34,660 nt of DNA. Source: Acidimicrobiia bacterium (GTDB lineage Bacteria; Actinomycetota; Acidimicrobiia; Acidimicrobiales; Hopanoidiivorantaceae). The stretch spans positions 1 to 34,660 of the forward strand of contig JAHRAM010000026.1 in NCBI GenBank assembly GCA_020027305.1, given 5' to 3'. Each line of letters starts with the position of its first letter. Within the stretch, counting starts at the first letter, position 1. Under the pieces are notes generated by a model. That model was not told the origin of the DNA. It saw only the letters and a list, made by a program, of their open reading frames with translations, and searched no databases. Of the stretch, positions 7,216 through 16,731 are shown in pieces. Made by a program: the position numbers and the translations under genes.

Positions 7216-9954
7216 ATGCCAAAAGAAACGAGCTCAAAAGAAGTTGAGTTAGACCCAAAGTTGCCGACCTTGCTGTTGTTTGACGGGCATTCAATGGCAC
7301 ATCGTGCTTTTCATGGAACCCGTCCGCTCAGCACTGCTTCGGGGCAGCTGACGAATATGTTGGTGGGGTTTTTAAATTCCTTCTTTCGGATTTATCGCGA
7401 CTATAGCCCAACTAAAACTGCTGTGTGCTTTGACCTACCTGAGCCAACATTTCGTCACAAGCAATTCAAAGAATACAAAGCTAACCGCGACAAACCACCC
7501 GATGAGTTTATCGAACAACTTGGGTTGCTCCACGAAATCTTAGGTGCTCTTGGCATTCCAGTTGTTGAGCGAGGGGGATTTGAGGCTGATGACCTGCTGG
7601 CAACGTTGGCACATCAAGGGCGAAAAAACAAAAACAATGTGGTTGTGGTTACTGGCGACCGTGATTGTTTTCAGCTGGTTGCTGACCCCTTTATAAAAAT
7701 TCTCTACACTCCAAGTCAAGGTTCACCAAAATTGCTAGACGACGCAGGTGTAAAAGAAAAGATGGGCGTAAAGCCCGAAGTCTATATTCAATATGCTGCC
7801 ATGAAAGGCGATACCTCAGACAATCTGCCAGGGGTTGCTGGAGTGGGTGAAAAAACTGCAGTTGCCCTCATTCAAACTTATGGCAATATCAAAGGAATAT
7901 ATGAGGCGCTCGAAAAAGAGCTCAAGCAAGAAAAACCTTCCAAAGATTCGCCGCTAAAACCGAGGGTGAAAGAGTCGCTTTCAAACAGCCGTGACATCAT
8001 TGATAGAAATCTTGAACTAATGAAGCTGAAAACCGATGTGGAACTCAAGGTGAAATATTCTGAGCTAGCAAAAGGGGAGTTTAAGCAAACTGAAGTAGAC
8101 AGACTTTTCAATCTTTTAGAGCTCAAAAAATTTGACAAAGATTTGGCGACAATATTTTCACACACAATAGAGCAAGCAACTGAATTTGAATCAGTGGAAA
8201 GTGGGATTGAAGAAGCTGACATGGCAGACCTGCTTTCAAAAATCCAAGAAGCTAAGAAAATTCTCCAAGTATCAGTAGCTGGCAATTGGACAAACGAATT
8301 TGAAGGATTTTCGCTCGGGCTTTTAGATAAAGGAAAATGCAAAGCTACGTGGATACCTTCTAGTGCAATTAAACAAAACAAAAAAGCTCTAAAAGCAGTA
8401 TTTGAAAAAGCAAACGCCCAAATAATCGCACATGACATAAAGCCACTGGTGCTTGAAATACTCCACTATGGAATAAATATTCCAAACCTCCACTTTGACA
8501 CACGGATTGCTGCCTACTTGATCGACCCACAAGACAGACGAACCACCCTTACAGATTTGGCACAAAAATTTGGTGGCGTTTCCCTTAAAGACAATGAAAG
8601 CGGAGATTCTGCCAAAACCGCACAACTGGAATTGCAAGAAGTTGACCCTAAAGGCGATTCCCAACTTGAAGTCGCTGCTCTTCTTAAAATCTACAGCCCT
8701 TTAAGGCAAGAGCTTTCAAAGCTACAGGAGCTTTCACTCTATGAAAGTATGGAGCTTCCGCTTGTAAAGGTACTTGCCAAAATGGAACACTTCGGGATTG
8801 CAGTTGATGAGGCTGAACTCAAATCTCTGAAAGCCAAACTTGAAACTGAAGCGTCCCAACACAAAAAAGCAGTTCTAAAAGCAGCTGGTAAAGAGTTCAA
8901 TGTGAACTCTACGAAAGAATTGGCACAAGTTTTGTTTGAAGATTTGAAACTGCCACCCCAGAAAAAAACAAAGACAGGATATTCAACTGATGCTGGCACG
9001 CTTGAAAAACTAGCTGGCAAACATGAAATCATTGAACATCTTTCCAATTATCGAAGTGCTGAAAAACTTCGTTCAACCTATGGTGAGGGATTGCTAAAAG
9101 AAATTGCACCAGATGGAAGGATACATGCAACCTTCAACCAAACCGTAGCTCGCACAGGCAGGTTAAGTTCAGATGCACCGAACTTGCACAACATTCCTAT
9201 TCGCACTGAGCAAGGAAGGGAATTTCGCAAAGTCTTTATCGCAACACGCGGGCATGAATTGCTTGTTGCAGACTATAACCAGATTGAGCTCAGATGTGTG
9301 GCACATTTAAGCGGCGACCCTAATCTCATTGAGGCATTTAAGACTGGTGAAGACATTCATTCCAGCGTGGCAGCTCGAGTTTTTGGAGAGATCCCTGTTC
9401 CCAAAGCTCGGCGCGAGCAAGCAAAAATGATTTCCTATGGGCTAATGTATGGAATGGAAGCGTTTGGTTTAGGCCAGCGTTTAAACATTCCTCAATCAGA
9501 AGCTGGTGAAATCTTAAAGAGTTTTTTTGATGCCTATCCCAGCATTCGCAAATACATGGATAAAACGGTAGAGACCACCAAAAAACTTGGATACACAGAA
9601 ACCCTGTTTGGGCGGAGGCGGTATATCCCTGAGCTTACTTCTGGCAATCCCCAAGTTAGGGCAGCAGCTACTCGCCAAGCAATGAACTCTGGCATTCAAG
9701 GGCTGGCTGCTGACATATTCAAATATGCCCTTATCAAAATTAACAACAAGCTGGAAGAAAAAAATCTAGAGAGCCGGCTGGTGCTTCAAGTTCACGATGA
9801 GGTGATTTTAGAAGTTCCAACTGGGAAGGCAAACAATGAAAAAGAGGTAGCTAAAAATATTGTGGTTACAGAGATGGAAGGAGCTACTCAATTAGATGTT
9901 CCACTTGTTGTTGAAGTGACTTCTGGGAAAACTTGGGCAGATGCAAAAGGCTAA
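7216..9954 (+). CDS. polA: DNA polymerase I
   Basis: 912-aa ORF. It has an N-terminal 5' nuclease (LLLFDGHSMAHRAFH, GDRDCFQL, SDNLPGVAGVGEKTA). Polymerase motifs are ADYNQIELR, RREQAKMISYGLMYG and LQVHDEVILE. By eye the Exo I DxE position reads VAG, so the 3'-5' exonuclease domain is probably inactive, as in other actinobacterial PolA (inference). Confidence 0.97.
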   Translation: MPKETSSKEVELDPKLPTLLLFDGHSMAHRAFHGTRPLSTASGQLTNMLVGFLNSFFRIYRDYSPTKTAVCFDLPEPTFRHKQFKEYKANRDKPPDEFIEQLGLLHEILGALGIPVVERGGFEADDLLATLAHQGRKNKNNVVVVTGDRDCFQLVADPFIKILYTPSQGSPKLLDDAGVKEKMGVKPEVYIQYAAMKGDTSDNLPGVAGVGEKTAVALIQTYGNIKGIYEALEKELKQEKPSKDSPLKPRVKESLSNSRDIIDRNLELMKLKTDVELKVKYSELAKGEFKQTEVDRLFNLLELKKFDKDLATIFSHTIEQATEFESVESGIEEADMADLLSKIQEAKKILQVSVAGNWTNEFEGFSLGLLDKGKCKATWIPSSAIKQNKKALKAVFEKANAQIIAHDIKPLVLEILHYGINIPNLHFDTRIAAYLIDPQDRRTTLTDLAQKFGGVSLKDNESGDSAKTAQLELQEVDPKGDSQLEVAALLKIYSPLRQELSKLQELSLYESMELPLVKVLAKMEHFGIAVDEAELKSLKAKLETEASQHKKAVLKAAGKEFNVNSTKELAQVLFEDLKLPPQKKTKTGYSTDAGTLEKLAGKHEIIEHLSNYRSAEKLRSTYGEGLLKEIAPDGRIHATFNQTVARTGRLSSDAPNLHNIPIRTEQGREFRKVFIATRGHELLVADYNQIELRCVAHLSGDPNLIEAFKTGEDIHSSVAARVFGEIPVPKARREQAKMISYGLMYGMEAFGLGQRLNIPQSEAGEILKSFFDAYPSIRKYMDKTVETTKKLGYTETLFGRRRYIPELTSGNPQVRAAATRQAMNSGIQGLAADIFKYALIKINNKLEEKNLESRLVLQVHDEVILEVPTGKANNEKEVAKNIVVTEMEGATQLDVPLVVEVTSGKTWADAKG

Positions 9955-9972
9955 GGTAGCACAAAGACCAAT

Positions 9973-11610
9973 ATGGAGGCTAGAATAAAACTGACAACCA
10001 AAGATAGGAACAAACACAAAAATTTAAATAAAAAAATGGAAGACAACAACATAGCTACTTTAACATCTGACACTACTACCGGCGACACAACTGAAGACAA
10101 CACAATTGAATATAGCGACATCGTTGAAGATGATGTTGGCGATGGGCTCGCTGAAGCCTATGAAAACAAAGTAGTTCTTGTAAAAGATGGTCAGCTGGTT
10201 TCTGGCAAAGTTGTAAAAATCAATCCCTATGAAGTGTTGGTTGACATTGGCTATAAATCAGAAGGGGTAATCCCGCAAAAAGAACTTGCCATCCGCCAAG
10301 ATGTTGACCCCGGAAGCTTAGTATCGGTAGGTGAAGAAATTGAGGCCCTAGTTCTTCAAAAAGAAGATAGAGAGGGGCGTTTAGTGCTTTCCAAAAAGCG
10401 AGCATCTTATGAAAAAGCATGGTCGCGCATTGAAGAGCTAAAGAAAGCCAACGAACTTATTAAAGGTGTTGTCATAGAAGTTGTGAATGGAGGGCTCATT
10501 GTAGACATTGGCATCAGAGGCTTCCTTCCTGCCTCGCTGGTTGAACTGCGCCGAGTAACAAAGCTAGATGACTTTCTAGGGCAAGAGATTGAAGCAAAGA
10601 TTTTAGAGTTTGACAAGCAACGGCGAAATGTGGTTTTGTCTAGGCGAGCATGGTTGGAAGAAACCCAACGAGAAAAACGCGAGGCTCTTATGGAAAATTT
10701 GATGCCAGGCGATGTGCAAGAAGGTGTTGTAACATCCATAGTTGATTTTGGGGTGTTTGTGGATTTAGGGTTGATGGATGGATTGGTTCACGTTTCTGAA
10801 CTTTCATGGAAGCGGATTGAGCACCCTTCAGAAGTGGTTTCAGTTGGCGACAAAATAAAAGTGCGTGTGCTTGGGGTAGATTCTGAGCTAGAGAGAATCG
10901 CACTATCACTCCGTGCTACTCAGCAGGGGCCTTGGGTGGAGTTTGCAGAAACTCATAAAGTGGGCGACCTAGTTTATGGTCGAGTTACAAAGCTGGTAGC
11001 TTTTGGAGCTTTCATTCAGGTTGGCGATGATGTTGATGGCTTGGTTCATATCACTGAGATGGCACACCATCGAGTGGAATCTCCTGGTGAAGTGGTTTCG
11101 CCTGGAGAAGAGCTTTGGGTAAAGATTGTAGAAATAGATGTGTCGCGCCGCCGCATTGGTCTTTCAATAAGGCAAGCTATGGAAGGTGGGGAAGTAGCGG
11201 TGGAATATCAATCAGCATTTGGAAATTCCACAGAAGCGGAAGATGGCGATAAAAGTGACAGCGAAGGTATAGATATAGAAAATAGCGAAGATATTAAAAA
11301 CATTGAAGATCTAGAAGGCTCAAAAAATATAGACACTAAAGAATATACAGAAAATGAACATACAGAAAAAGAATATACAGAAAAAGAATATATAGAAGAC
11401 AACGCAGAAAAAGATATGGGCGAAGAAAATCCTGAAGTGGTTAATTTTGAAGCACCCACATTGAGCCCAGATGAAGAAGTTAAAGAAGCTACTTCTATAG
11501 AAACCTCAGCAGAAAATAACAGTGAGGTAGGCGAAGAAAGTGAAACCACTGAAGAAACTGCCGACGAATCTGAAATCAGTGCCAACTCTGCTGAAGAAGA
11601 AAACAATTAG
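9973..11610 (+). CDS. rpsA: 30S ribosomal protein S1 with extended acidic C-terminal tail
   Basis: 545-aa ORF with four S1 domains, co-linear with actinobacterial RpsA (VLVDIGYKSEGVIP, GFLPASLVELRRV, VVLSRRAWLEE, GLVHVSELSWK, GLVHITEMA). The start is uncertain: ATG 9973 or in-frame ATG 10036. The tail from about aa 418 is acidic and low-complexity. Confidence 0.95.
   Translation: MEARIKLTTKDRNKHKNLNKKMEDNNIATLTSDTTTGDTTEDNTIEYSDIVEDDVGDGLAEAYENKVVLVKDGQLVSGKVVKINPYEVLVDIGYKSEGVIPQKELAIRQDVDPGSLVSVGEEIEALVLQKEDREGRLVLSKKRASYEKAWSRIEELKKANELIKGVVIEVVNGGLIVDIGIRGFLPASLVELRRVTKLDDFLGQEIEAKILEFDKQRRNVVLSRRAWLEETQREKREALMENLMPGDVQEGVVTSIVDFGVFVDLGLMDGLVHVSELSWKRIEHPSEVVSVGDKIKVRVLGVDSELERIALSLRATQQGPWVEFAETHKVGDLVYGRVTKLVAFGAFIQVGDDVDGLVHITEMAHHRVESPGEVVSPGEELWVKIVEIDVSRRRIGLSIRQAMEGGEVAVEYQSAFGNSTEAEDGDKSDSEGIDIENSEDIKNIEDLEGSKNIDTKEYTENEHTEKEYTEKEYIEDNAEKDMGEENPEVVNFEAPTLSPDEEVKEATSIETSAENNSEVGEESETTEETADESEISANSAEEENN
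11341..11400 (+). repeat. 4 x 15-nt tandem repeat inside the rpsA tail
   Basis: The units are gaatatacagaaaat / gaacatacagaaaaa / gaatatacagaaaaa / gaatatatagaagac. They encode EYTEN-EHTEK-EYTEK-EYIED. Confidence 0.85.
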
Positions 11611-11660
11611 CCACTAAAAATATTGCATTAACAAAAACCGCAAGTCAGCAAAAACAAAAA

Positions 11661-12362
11661 ATGCCAGACGCAACTGTTAAAACACCAACGGGGGATATGG
11701 ATGTTGCTATATTTGAACCACCAGCAAAACCAAAAACAGCAGTTATTGTTGTTCAAGAAGCATTTGGTTTGAACGGACACATCAGAAATGTGGCAGAGCG
11801 AGTAAGCCAAGCTGGGCATTATGCAATTGCTCCTGATCTTTATCACCGCCACGAAGATTCGCTTGCAGATTATGATGACCTTGAGAAAGCCTTGGGGCTA
11901 ATGGTCACACTTGATGATGGCGATATATTAGATGATGTTGAAGCAACCATTGCCCACCTTGAAGGTGAAGGCTTTTCGCGTGAAGCAATCGGCATAGTGG
12001 GGTTTTGCATGGGGGGCAGGATTGTCTTTCTAACCGCCCTCAATAAAAATATTGGAGCAGGAGTTTCTTTTTATGGTGGAGGCATCGTGACAGAAAACAT
12101 TAACGGCACTGAAGCACTGACTCCTAAAGCGACAAACCTAAAAGCTCCGTGGCTAGGATTTTTCGGCGATATGGATTCAATGATTCCAACCGAAGGGGTA
12201 GAAGAATTACAGGCTGCCCTAGAAGGAACAGAGCATCAAATTATTCGCTACGCCGATGCCGACCATGGCTTTCACTGTGACGAAAGAGAAAGTTTTGATG
12301 AAGCAGCATCTGCTGACGCTTGGCAAAAAACGCTTGACTGGTTTGCCAGCAACTTTAAATAA
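11661..12362 (+). CDS. dienelactone hydrolase family protein
   Basis: 233-aa ORF with the DLH pattern: IVVQEAFGLN, the nucleophile elbow IVGFCMGG and the C-terminal DADHGF. Confidence 0.8.
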   Translation: MPDATVKTPTGDMDVAIFEPPAKPKTAVIVVQEAFGLNGHIRNVAERVSQAGHYAIAPDLYHRHEDSLADYDDLEKALGLMVTLDDGDILDDVEATIAHLEGEGFSREAIGIVGFCMGGRIVFLTALNKNIGAGVSFYGGGIVTENINGTEALTPKATNLKAPWLGFFGDMDSMIPTEGVEELQAALEGTEHQIIRYADADHGFHCDERESFDEAASADAWQKTLDWFASNFK

Positions 12363-12417
12363 ATAAGAATTAGAACTCAAACATTTTAAGGGCATATATT
12401 TCGCGTTTATTTAATTT

Positions 12418-12600
12418 GCAATTTCAAGTAGTGTTTCAAATTGAAATTGCATTTTAAAGTCGAAACCGTATTTCAAAGTTAAGATTATAGTCAAAATCAA
12501 AGCTATATTTCAAAATTGAAACTATATTTCAAAGTTTCAACTGCATCCGATCTATCCGAAAGTTAAAATTACATTTCAAAATTAGCTACCAAATTCAAAA
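12418..12600. promoter_or_regulatory. AT-rich array of TTTCAA(A)/TTGAAA motifs in the intergenic region upstream of the hbd-like gene
   Basis: tttcaaa-type cores start at 12422, 12434, 12471, 12508, 12527 and 12574. Inverted-repeat versions are tttcaa-a-ttgaaa (12434-12446) and tttcaa-aa-ttgaaa (12508-12521). A 10-bp hairpin gcaatttcaa (12418-12427) / ttgaaattgc (12441-12450) is followed by atttt and could also act as a weak terminator for the upstream gene. Confidence 0.4.
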
Positions 12601-12629
12601 CACCTCTACAACTTTTCTAAAATAAAGTT

Positions 12630-13382
12630 GTGGCAAAAAATGAATCTCTAAATGTGGTCGTATATGGCTCTGGTGTAATGGGTTCTGGTATTGCCCAAGT
12701 TCTGGCAGTTGCAGGTCACTCAGTTATAGGTTTTGACATATCTAAAGATGTTGTAGAAGTAGCCACAGAATCAATTGATACTGGCAGGTATGGAGTCAAG
12801 AGCAGTGTGGAGAGAGGAAAGTTAACCAAAGAAGAGGCTGAAGCTGCCCTGAAACGTGTGACATTCACAACAGATAGTAACTGCCTATCAAATGCAGATA
12901 TTGTTATAGAGGCAGTTCCAGAAGTTTTTGACTTAAAAATTCGCCTGTTTAAAGAGTTTGATAACACAACTCCAAAAGACTGCATTCTTGCCACAAATTC
13001 CAGTGGGTATTCCGTTTCGGCACTTGCGGCCGTAACAGAACGCCCCGAAAAAGTCATCGGCTGGCATTGGGGTTCGCCTGTTCCTGTCATAAAACTTTCA
13101 GAAATCATTCGTGGAAAAGAAACTTCTGACAAAACAGTTGATACCGTAGTGGCACTGGCAACTGAAGCAGGCAAAAATCCAATCGTCATCGCTGACACAT
13201 TCACACACTGGGGTTATGTTACCAACCGTGTCTACTTCGCCATGGTTGCTGAAGCAAATCGTGTAGTTGAAGAAGGCATCGCAACCAGAGAAGAGGTTGA
13301 CCAACTAATGATGGATGCTTTTCGCTGGCCAACAGGGCCTTATGGAATGGTAGCAGGCGCTGGAAGCGGTTGGAAAAAATAA
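12630..13382 (+). CDS. 3-hydroxyacyl-CoA dehydrogenase family protein (short form)
   Basis: 250-aa ORF with a GTG start. The Rossmann motif is VVVYGSGVMGSGIAQVLA. It also has the EAVPE and NSSG motifs and a partial C-terminal domain (RWPTGPYGM). It ends earlier than the about 280-aa canonical Hbd enzymes. Confidence 0.75.
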   Translation: MAKNESLNVVVYGSGVMGSGIAQVLAVAGHSVIGFDISKDVVEVATESIDTGRYGVKSSVERGKLTKEEAEAALKRVTFTTDSNCLSNADIVIEAVPEVFDLKIRLFKEFDNTTPKDCILATNSSGYSVSALAAVTERPEKVIGWHWGSPVPVIKLSEIIRGKETSDKTVDTVVALATEAGKNPIVIADTFTHWGYVTNRVYFAMVAEANRVVEEGIATREEVDQLMMDAFRWPTGPYGMVAGAGSGWKK

Positions 13383-13521
13383 AGTGGCTGACAAAACAAA
13401 ATAGCTGCCAAAAATAATTTTTTTTAATCTACAAGTTATGAAAAGCTAAAGCTATGAGTTGTAAAATCCAAATCCAAGATTTCTAAAAAGCGAACTCAAC
13501 CATTGATAGAAGATTTCCCTT

Positions 13522-14619
13522 ATGAAAGCAGCACTACTAGAAAAACCTCAGACCGACCCAATAATGGTCGATGATGTTGAATGTAGCGACCCAGGCCCTG
13601 GCCAAGTTCGCATTGCCATATCTCACTGTGGGATATGCCATTCTGATTTGACCTTTTTTGAAATGGATGGCGCACAGGTTCCCATAGTGATGGGGCATGA
13701 AGCAGCTGGAACAGTTACTGCCATTGGGGCAGGTGTGACTTCACTTCGAGAGGGCGATTCAGTAATGTTGTCTCCCTTTGCTCCGTGTGATAGATGCTAT
13801 CATTGCGTGCGTGGAAATACAGTTTTGTGTGTGGAAGCAGCATCTATGTTTACGGGTGTGTTTCCCGATGGAACCTCACCCTTTTCAAGAAATGGAGAGT
13901 TAGTTTATCGCGGGCTAGGGGTTGGTGGTTTTGCCCAAGAAACAGTAGTGGGCGAAACTGCAGCAGTAAAAATTCCTGATGAGGTTCCTAGAAAAATTGC
14001 ATCAGTTATGGGGTGTGCTGTCCAAACTGGAGTAGGCGCTGTAATCAACACAGCAAAAGTTGAAGAGGGGGCAACTGTATTGATTATGGGGCTTGGCGGA
14101 ATTGGTATCTCGGTTTTGCTAGGAACACAATTGGCAGCTGCCAGCACTATGATTGTTTCTGACCCTGTGAAATCTCGTAGAGATAAAGCAATGGAACTAG
14201 GCGCAACTGTTGCAATAGACCCCACAGATGTTGATGTAGTAGAGTTCTCAAAAGATTTCACAGCAGGGTTTGGTGTTGATTATGCTTTTGACGCTGCTGG
14301 AAGCGCAAGGTTGCTTGAAACAGGGCTGAACGCAATTTGTAATGGTGGTACGACTGTTATGGTTGGAGCCCCCCCAGTAGAAGATGAGCTTAGAATTCCA
14401 GCTGTGGTTGCAATGCTAACCACCGAGAAAAAATTAATCGCTTCAATGTATGGAAGCGCCGACAGCAGACGTGAGGTGCCACGCCTCCTAGACCTTTATC
14501 GGCATGGAAAACTTGACTTAGAAGCCCTCATTACCAATCGCCGACCAATTGATGAAATCAATTTGGGGCTAGATGACATGCGGAAAGGCGAAGGCATCCG
14601 CACCATTTTAGAGTTTTAA
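13522..14619 (+). CDS. zinc-dependent alcohol dehydrogenase (MDR superfamily)
   Basis: 365-aa ORF with the catalytic Zn motif GICHSDL...GHEAAG, structural Zn cysteines CDRCYHCVRGNTVLC and the Rossmann motif IMGLGGIG. Confidence 0.85.
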   Translation: MKAALLEKPQTDPIMVDDVECSDPGPGQVRIAISHCGICHSDLTFFEMDGAQVPIVMGHEAAGTVTAIGAGVTSLREGDSVMLSPFAPCDRCYHCVRGNTVLCVEAASMFTGVFPDGTSPFSRNGELVYRGLGVGGFAQETVVGETAAVKIPDEVPRKIASVMGCAVQTGVGAVINTAKVEEGATVLIMGLGGIGISVLLGTQLAAASTMIVSDPVKSRRDKAMELGATVAIDPTDVDVVEFSKDFTAGFGVDYAFDAAGSARLLETGLNAICNGGTTVMVGAPPVEDELRIPAVVAMLTTEKKLIASMYGSADSRREVPRLLDLYRHGKLDLEALITNRRPIDEINLGLDDMRKGEGIRTILEF

Positions 14620-14640
14620 ATGACGCAGCTCTTTAGCTCT

Positions 14641-16731
14641 TTAGATAAAGGCCGAAGCAAAAATTAGCGATACAATCGTCATCACCTTGATGAGAATGTT
14701 CATTGACGGCCCAGATGTGTCTTTAAACGGGTCTCCTACAGTGTCGCCAACCACAGCAGCCTTGTGAGGTTCACTTCCTTTTCCACCGTGATTTCCCGCC
14801 TCAATATATTTTTTGGCATTATCCCAAGCCCCACCTGAGTTAGACATAAATATTGCTAACGCAAACCCGCTCACAAGTGCACCTGCCAAAAATCCACCCA
14901 GTGCATTCACGCTAATAAAGCCAAACACAATTGGCACCACTACAGCCAGCCCGCCAGGAAGAATCATTTCTTTTAAGGATGCTTTAGTTGAAATGTCAAC
15001 ACAGCGAGCAGAATCAGGGCGAGCCCCAACTGCGCCCTCTCGTAATCCTGGGATTTCTCTAAATTGTCTTCTTACTTCTTCAATCATTTGATTAGCTGCT
15101 CGCCCAACAGCAGATATTGTGAGAGCTGCAAACAAAAACGGCAGCATTGCGCCAGCAAACAACCCAATAAACACTTCAACTTTTGTGATATTTAAATCAA
15201 GGCTTCCACCTGCTTTGGTAATAGCTTGGTCAAAGGCCGCAAACAAGGCAAGGGCAGTGATAGCAGCCGAACCCACGGCAAATCCTTTTGCGATGGCAGC
15301 AGTTGTGTTGCCTAAAGAATCTAGAGAGTCGGTAACTTCTCTAACCTCACTTGGCATTTCTGCCATTTCTGCAATACCACCAGCGTTGTCAGCAATTGGG
15401 CCATAGGCATCAACTGCCACAATCACGCCCAATGTTGAGAGCATGCCAATGGCAGCAATAGCGATGCCATAAATTCCACCAGTGGTTCCTCCGCTTCCAA
15501 TTAAGTCGCCGAGAGCTAAATCGCCGACCCAATATGAGACACCAATTGCAATTGAAATAAGAACAACCGATGCTGCTACAGAAATCATTCCACCAGATAT
15601 TCCAGACAGAATAGTTGTGGCCGGCCCCGTCTCAGATTGCTTGGCAATTTGTTTAACGGGGGAGTAATGGTCGCTAGTCCAATATTCTGCCACTTTGCCA
15701 ATGAGGTATCCTGCAACTAGCCCAGCAACTACAGCAAGCGGAAGCTGCCATTGAGTGCTTCCTTCAAACAGCCAATAGCCAAGCAAGAAGGTTCCAGCTA
15801 CCGTTCCCAAAAGTGCGATGTTGGTTCCACGGTGTAGCGCTCTAGAAAGTTTTTCAATGGTGATGTTGTTAGAGGTGCGAACAGTAAATGACCCAAGCAT
15901 TGAAAAGACCATTCCCACCCCAGCAATGGCGAGTGGAAATAGAAGCAACTCCTCAAATAAAGAATTGCTTTGTGAAACAGCAAATGCCACAAATGCCATC
16001 GGGGCGATAATTGAACCAGCATAGCTCTCAAACAAATCGGCGCCCATTCCCGCAACATCGCCAACATTGTCGCCAACGTTATCTGCAATAGTCGCAGGGT
16101 TTCTGGGATCATCTTCTGGAATGCCTGCTTCTACTTTTCCAACCAAATCGGCCCCTACATCGGCAGCTTTAGTATAAATGCCTCCACCAACACGGCTAAA
16201 CAGGGCAATGGTGCTTGCCCCTAAACCAAAAGCAGTTATTACTTCAAAGGCATCAGAAATTTCTGCCCACTCCACAAAGAGGAGATAAATCGCACATAGC
16301 CCCAAAAGTGCTAAGCCAGCAACTGAAAACCCCATAACTGCACCGCCGCGAAATGCCAGCGGAAGTGCTTTAGATGCCCCATGTTGTGCCGCAGCAGCTG
16401 TTCTAGCATTTGCACGGGTGGCAATGGTCATTCCAATATAGCCTGCCAGCGCTGATAAAATTGCTCCAGATATATATGTAACAATTCCCCACGGCCAACC
16501 CCAATCAAGTAGCACTCCAATAACAATCGCCATTGCTACCATAAAGATTGCCACAGAAATATATTCCCGCTTCAAAAATGCACGCGCTCCAGTTTGGATG
16601 GCAATCATTATCTCAACCATTTTTGGAGTGCCAGGCTCAGCTCGATTTACATTCAGGGCATAAGCAAAAGCCAGTAGCAATGCCAAGAGTGCGCTTCCGC
16701 CAGCTGCTAATGGAATTATAAGCATTTCCAT
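14641..16731 (-). CDS. hppA: membrane-integral pyrophosphatase (K+-dependent-type signature)
   Basis: 696-aa polytopic ORF with PPase motifs GGGIYTKAADVGADLVGKVE, DNVGDNVGD, DAYGPIADNAGG and GNTTAAIAKGFA (nt 15295-15312 encode GNTTAA), plus VGDTVGDPFKDT. Confidence 0.95.
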   Translation of the reverse strand: MEMLIIPLAAGGSALLALLLAFAYALNVNRAEPGTPKMVEIMIAIQTGARAFLKREYISVAIFMVAMAIVIGVLLDWGWPWGIVTYISGAILSALAGYIGMTIATRANARTAAAAQHGASKALPLAFRGGAVMGFSVAGLALLGLCAIYLLFVEWAEISDAFEVITAFGLGASTIALFSRVGGGIYTKAADVGADLVGKVEAGIPEDDPRNPATIADNVGDNVGDVAGMGADLFESYAGSIIAPMAFVAFAVSQSNSLFEELLLFPLAIAGVGMVFSMLGSFTVRTSNNITIEKLSRALHRGTNIALLGTVAGTFLLGYWLFEGSTQWQLPLAVVAGLVAGYLIGKVAEYWTSDHYSPVKQIAKQSETGPATTILSGISGGMISVAASVVLISIAIGVSYWVGDLALGDLIGSGGTTGGIYGIAIAAIGMLSTLGVIVAVDAYGPIADNAGGIAEMAEMPSEVREVTDSLDSLGNTTAAIAKGFAVGSAAITALALFAAFDQAITKAGGSLDLNITKVEVFIGLFAGAMLPFLFAALTISAVGRAANQMIEEVRRQFREIPGLREGAVGARPDSARCVDISTKASLKEMILPGGLAVVVPIVFGFISVNALGGFLAGALVSGFALAIFMSNSGGAWDNAKKYIEAGNHGGKGSEPHKAAVVGDTVGDPFKDTSGPSMNILIKVMTIVSLIFASAFI

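Noticed and set aside
7040-7252. 70-aa ORF overlapping the tRNA-Leu gene
   Set aside because: It is fully explained by the tRNA (a clear cloverleaf) and the polA 5' region, and it has no coding features.
7878-8438. 186-aa antisense ORF inside polA. Similar antisense ORFs lie at 11208-11606 in the rpsA tail, 12716-13204 in hbd, 13905-14261 in adh and 17146-17541 in trkA.
   Set aside because: All lie opposite well-supported genes and give Ser/Leu-rich nonsense peptides with no start context. They are by-products of codon bias on the sense strand.
12418-12600. Possible CRISPR-like or MITE-like array in the AT-rich intergenic repeats
   Set aside because: The repeats are only about 8-13 nt, degenerate and irregularly spaced (13, 37, 37, 19, 47 nt). 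There are no unique spacers of constant length, no cas genes, and no terminal inverted repeats or target-site duplication.
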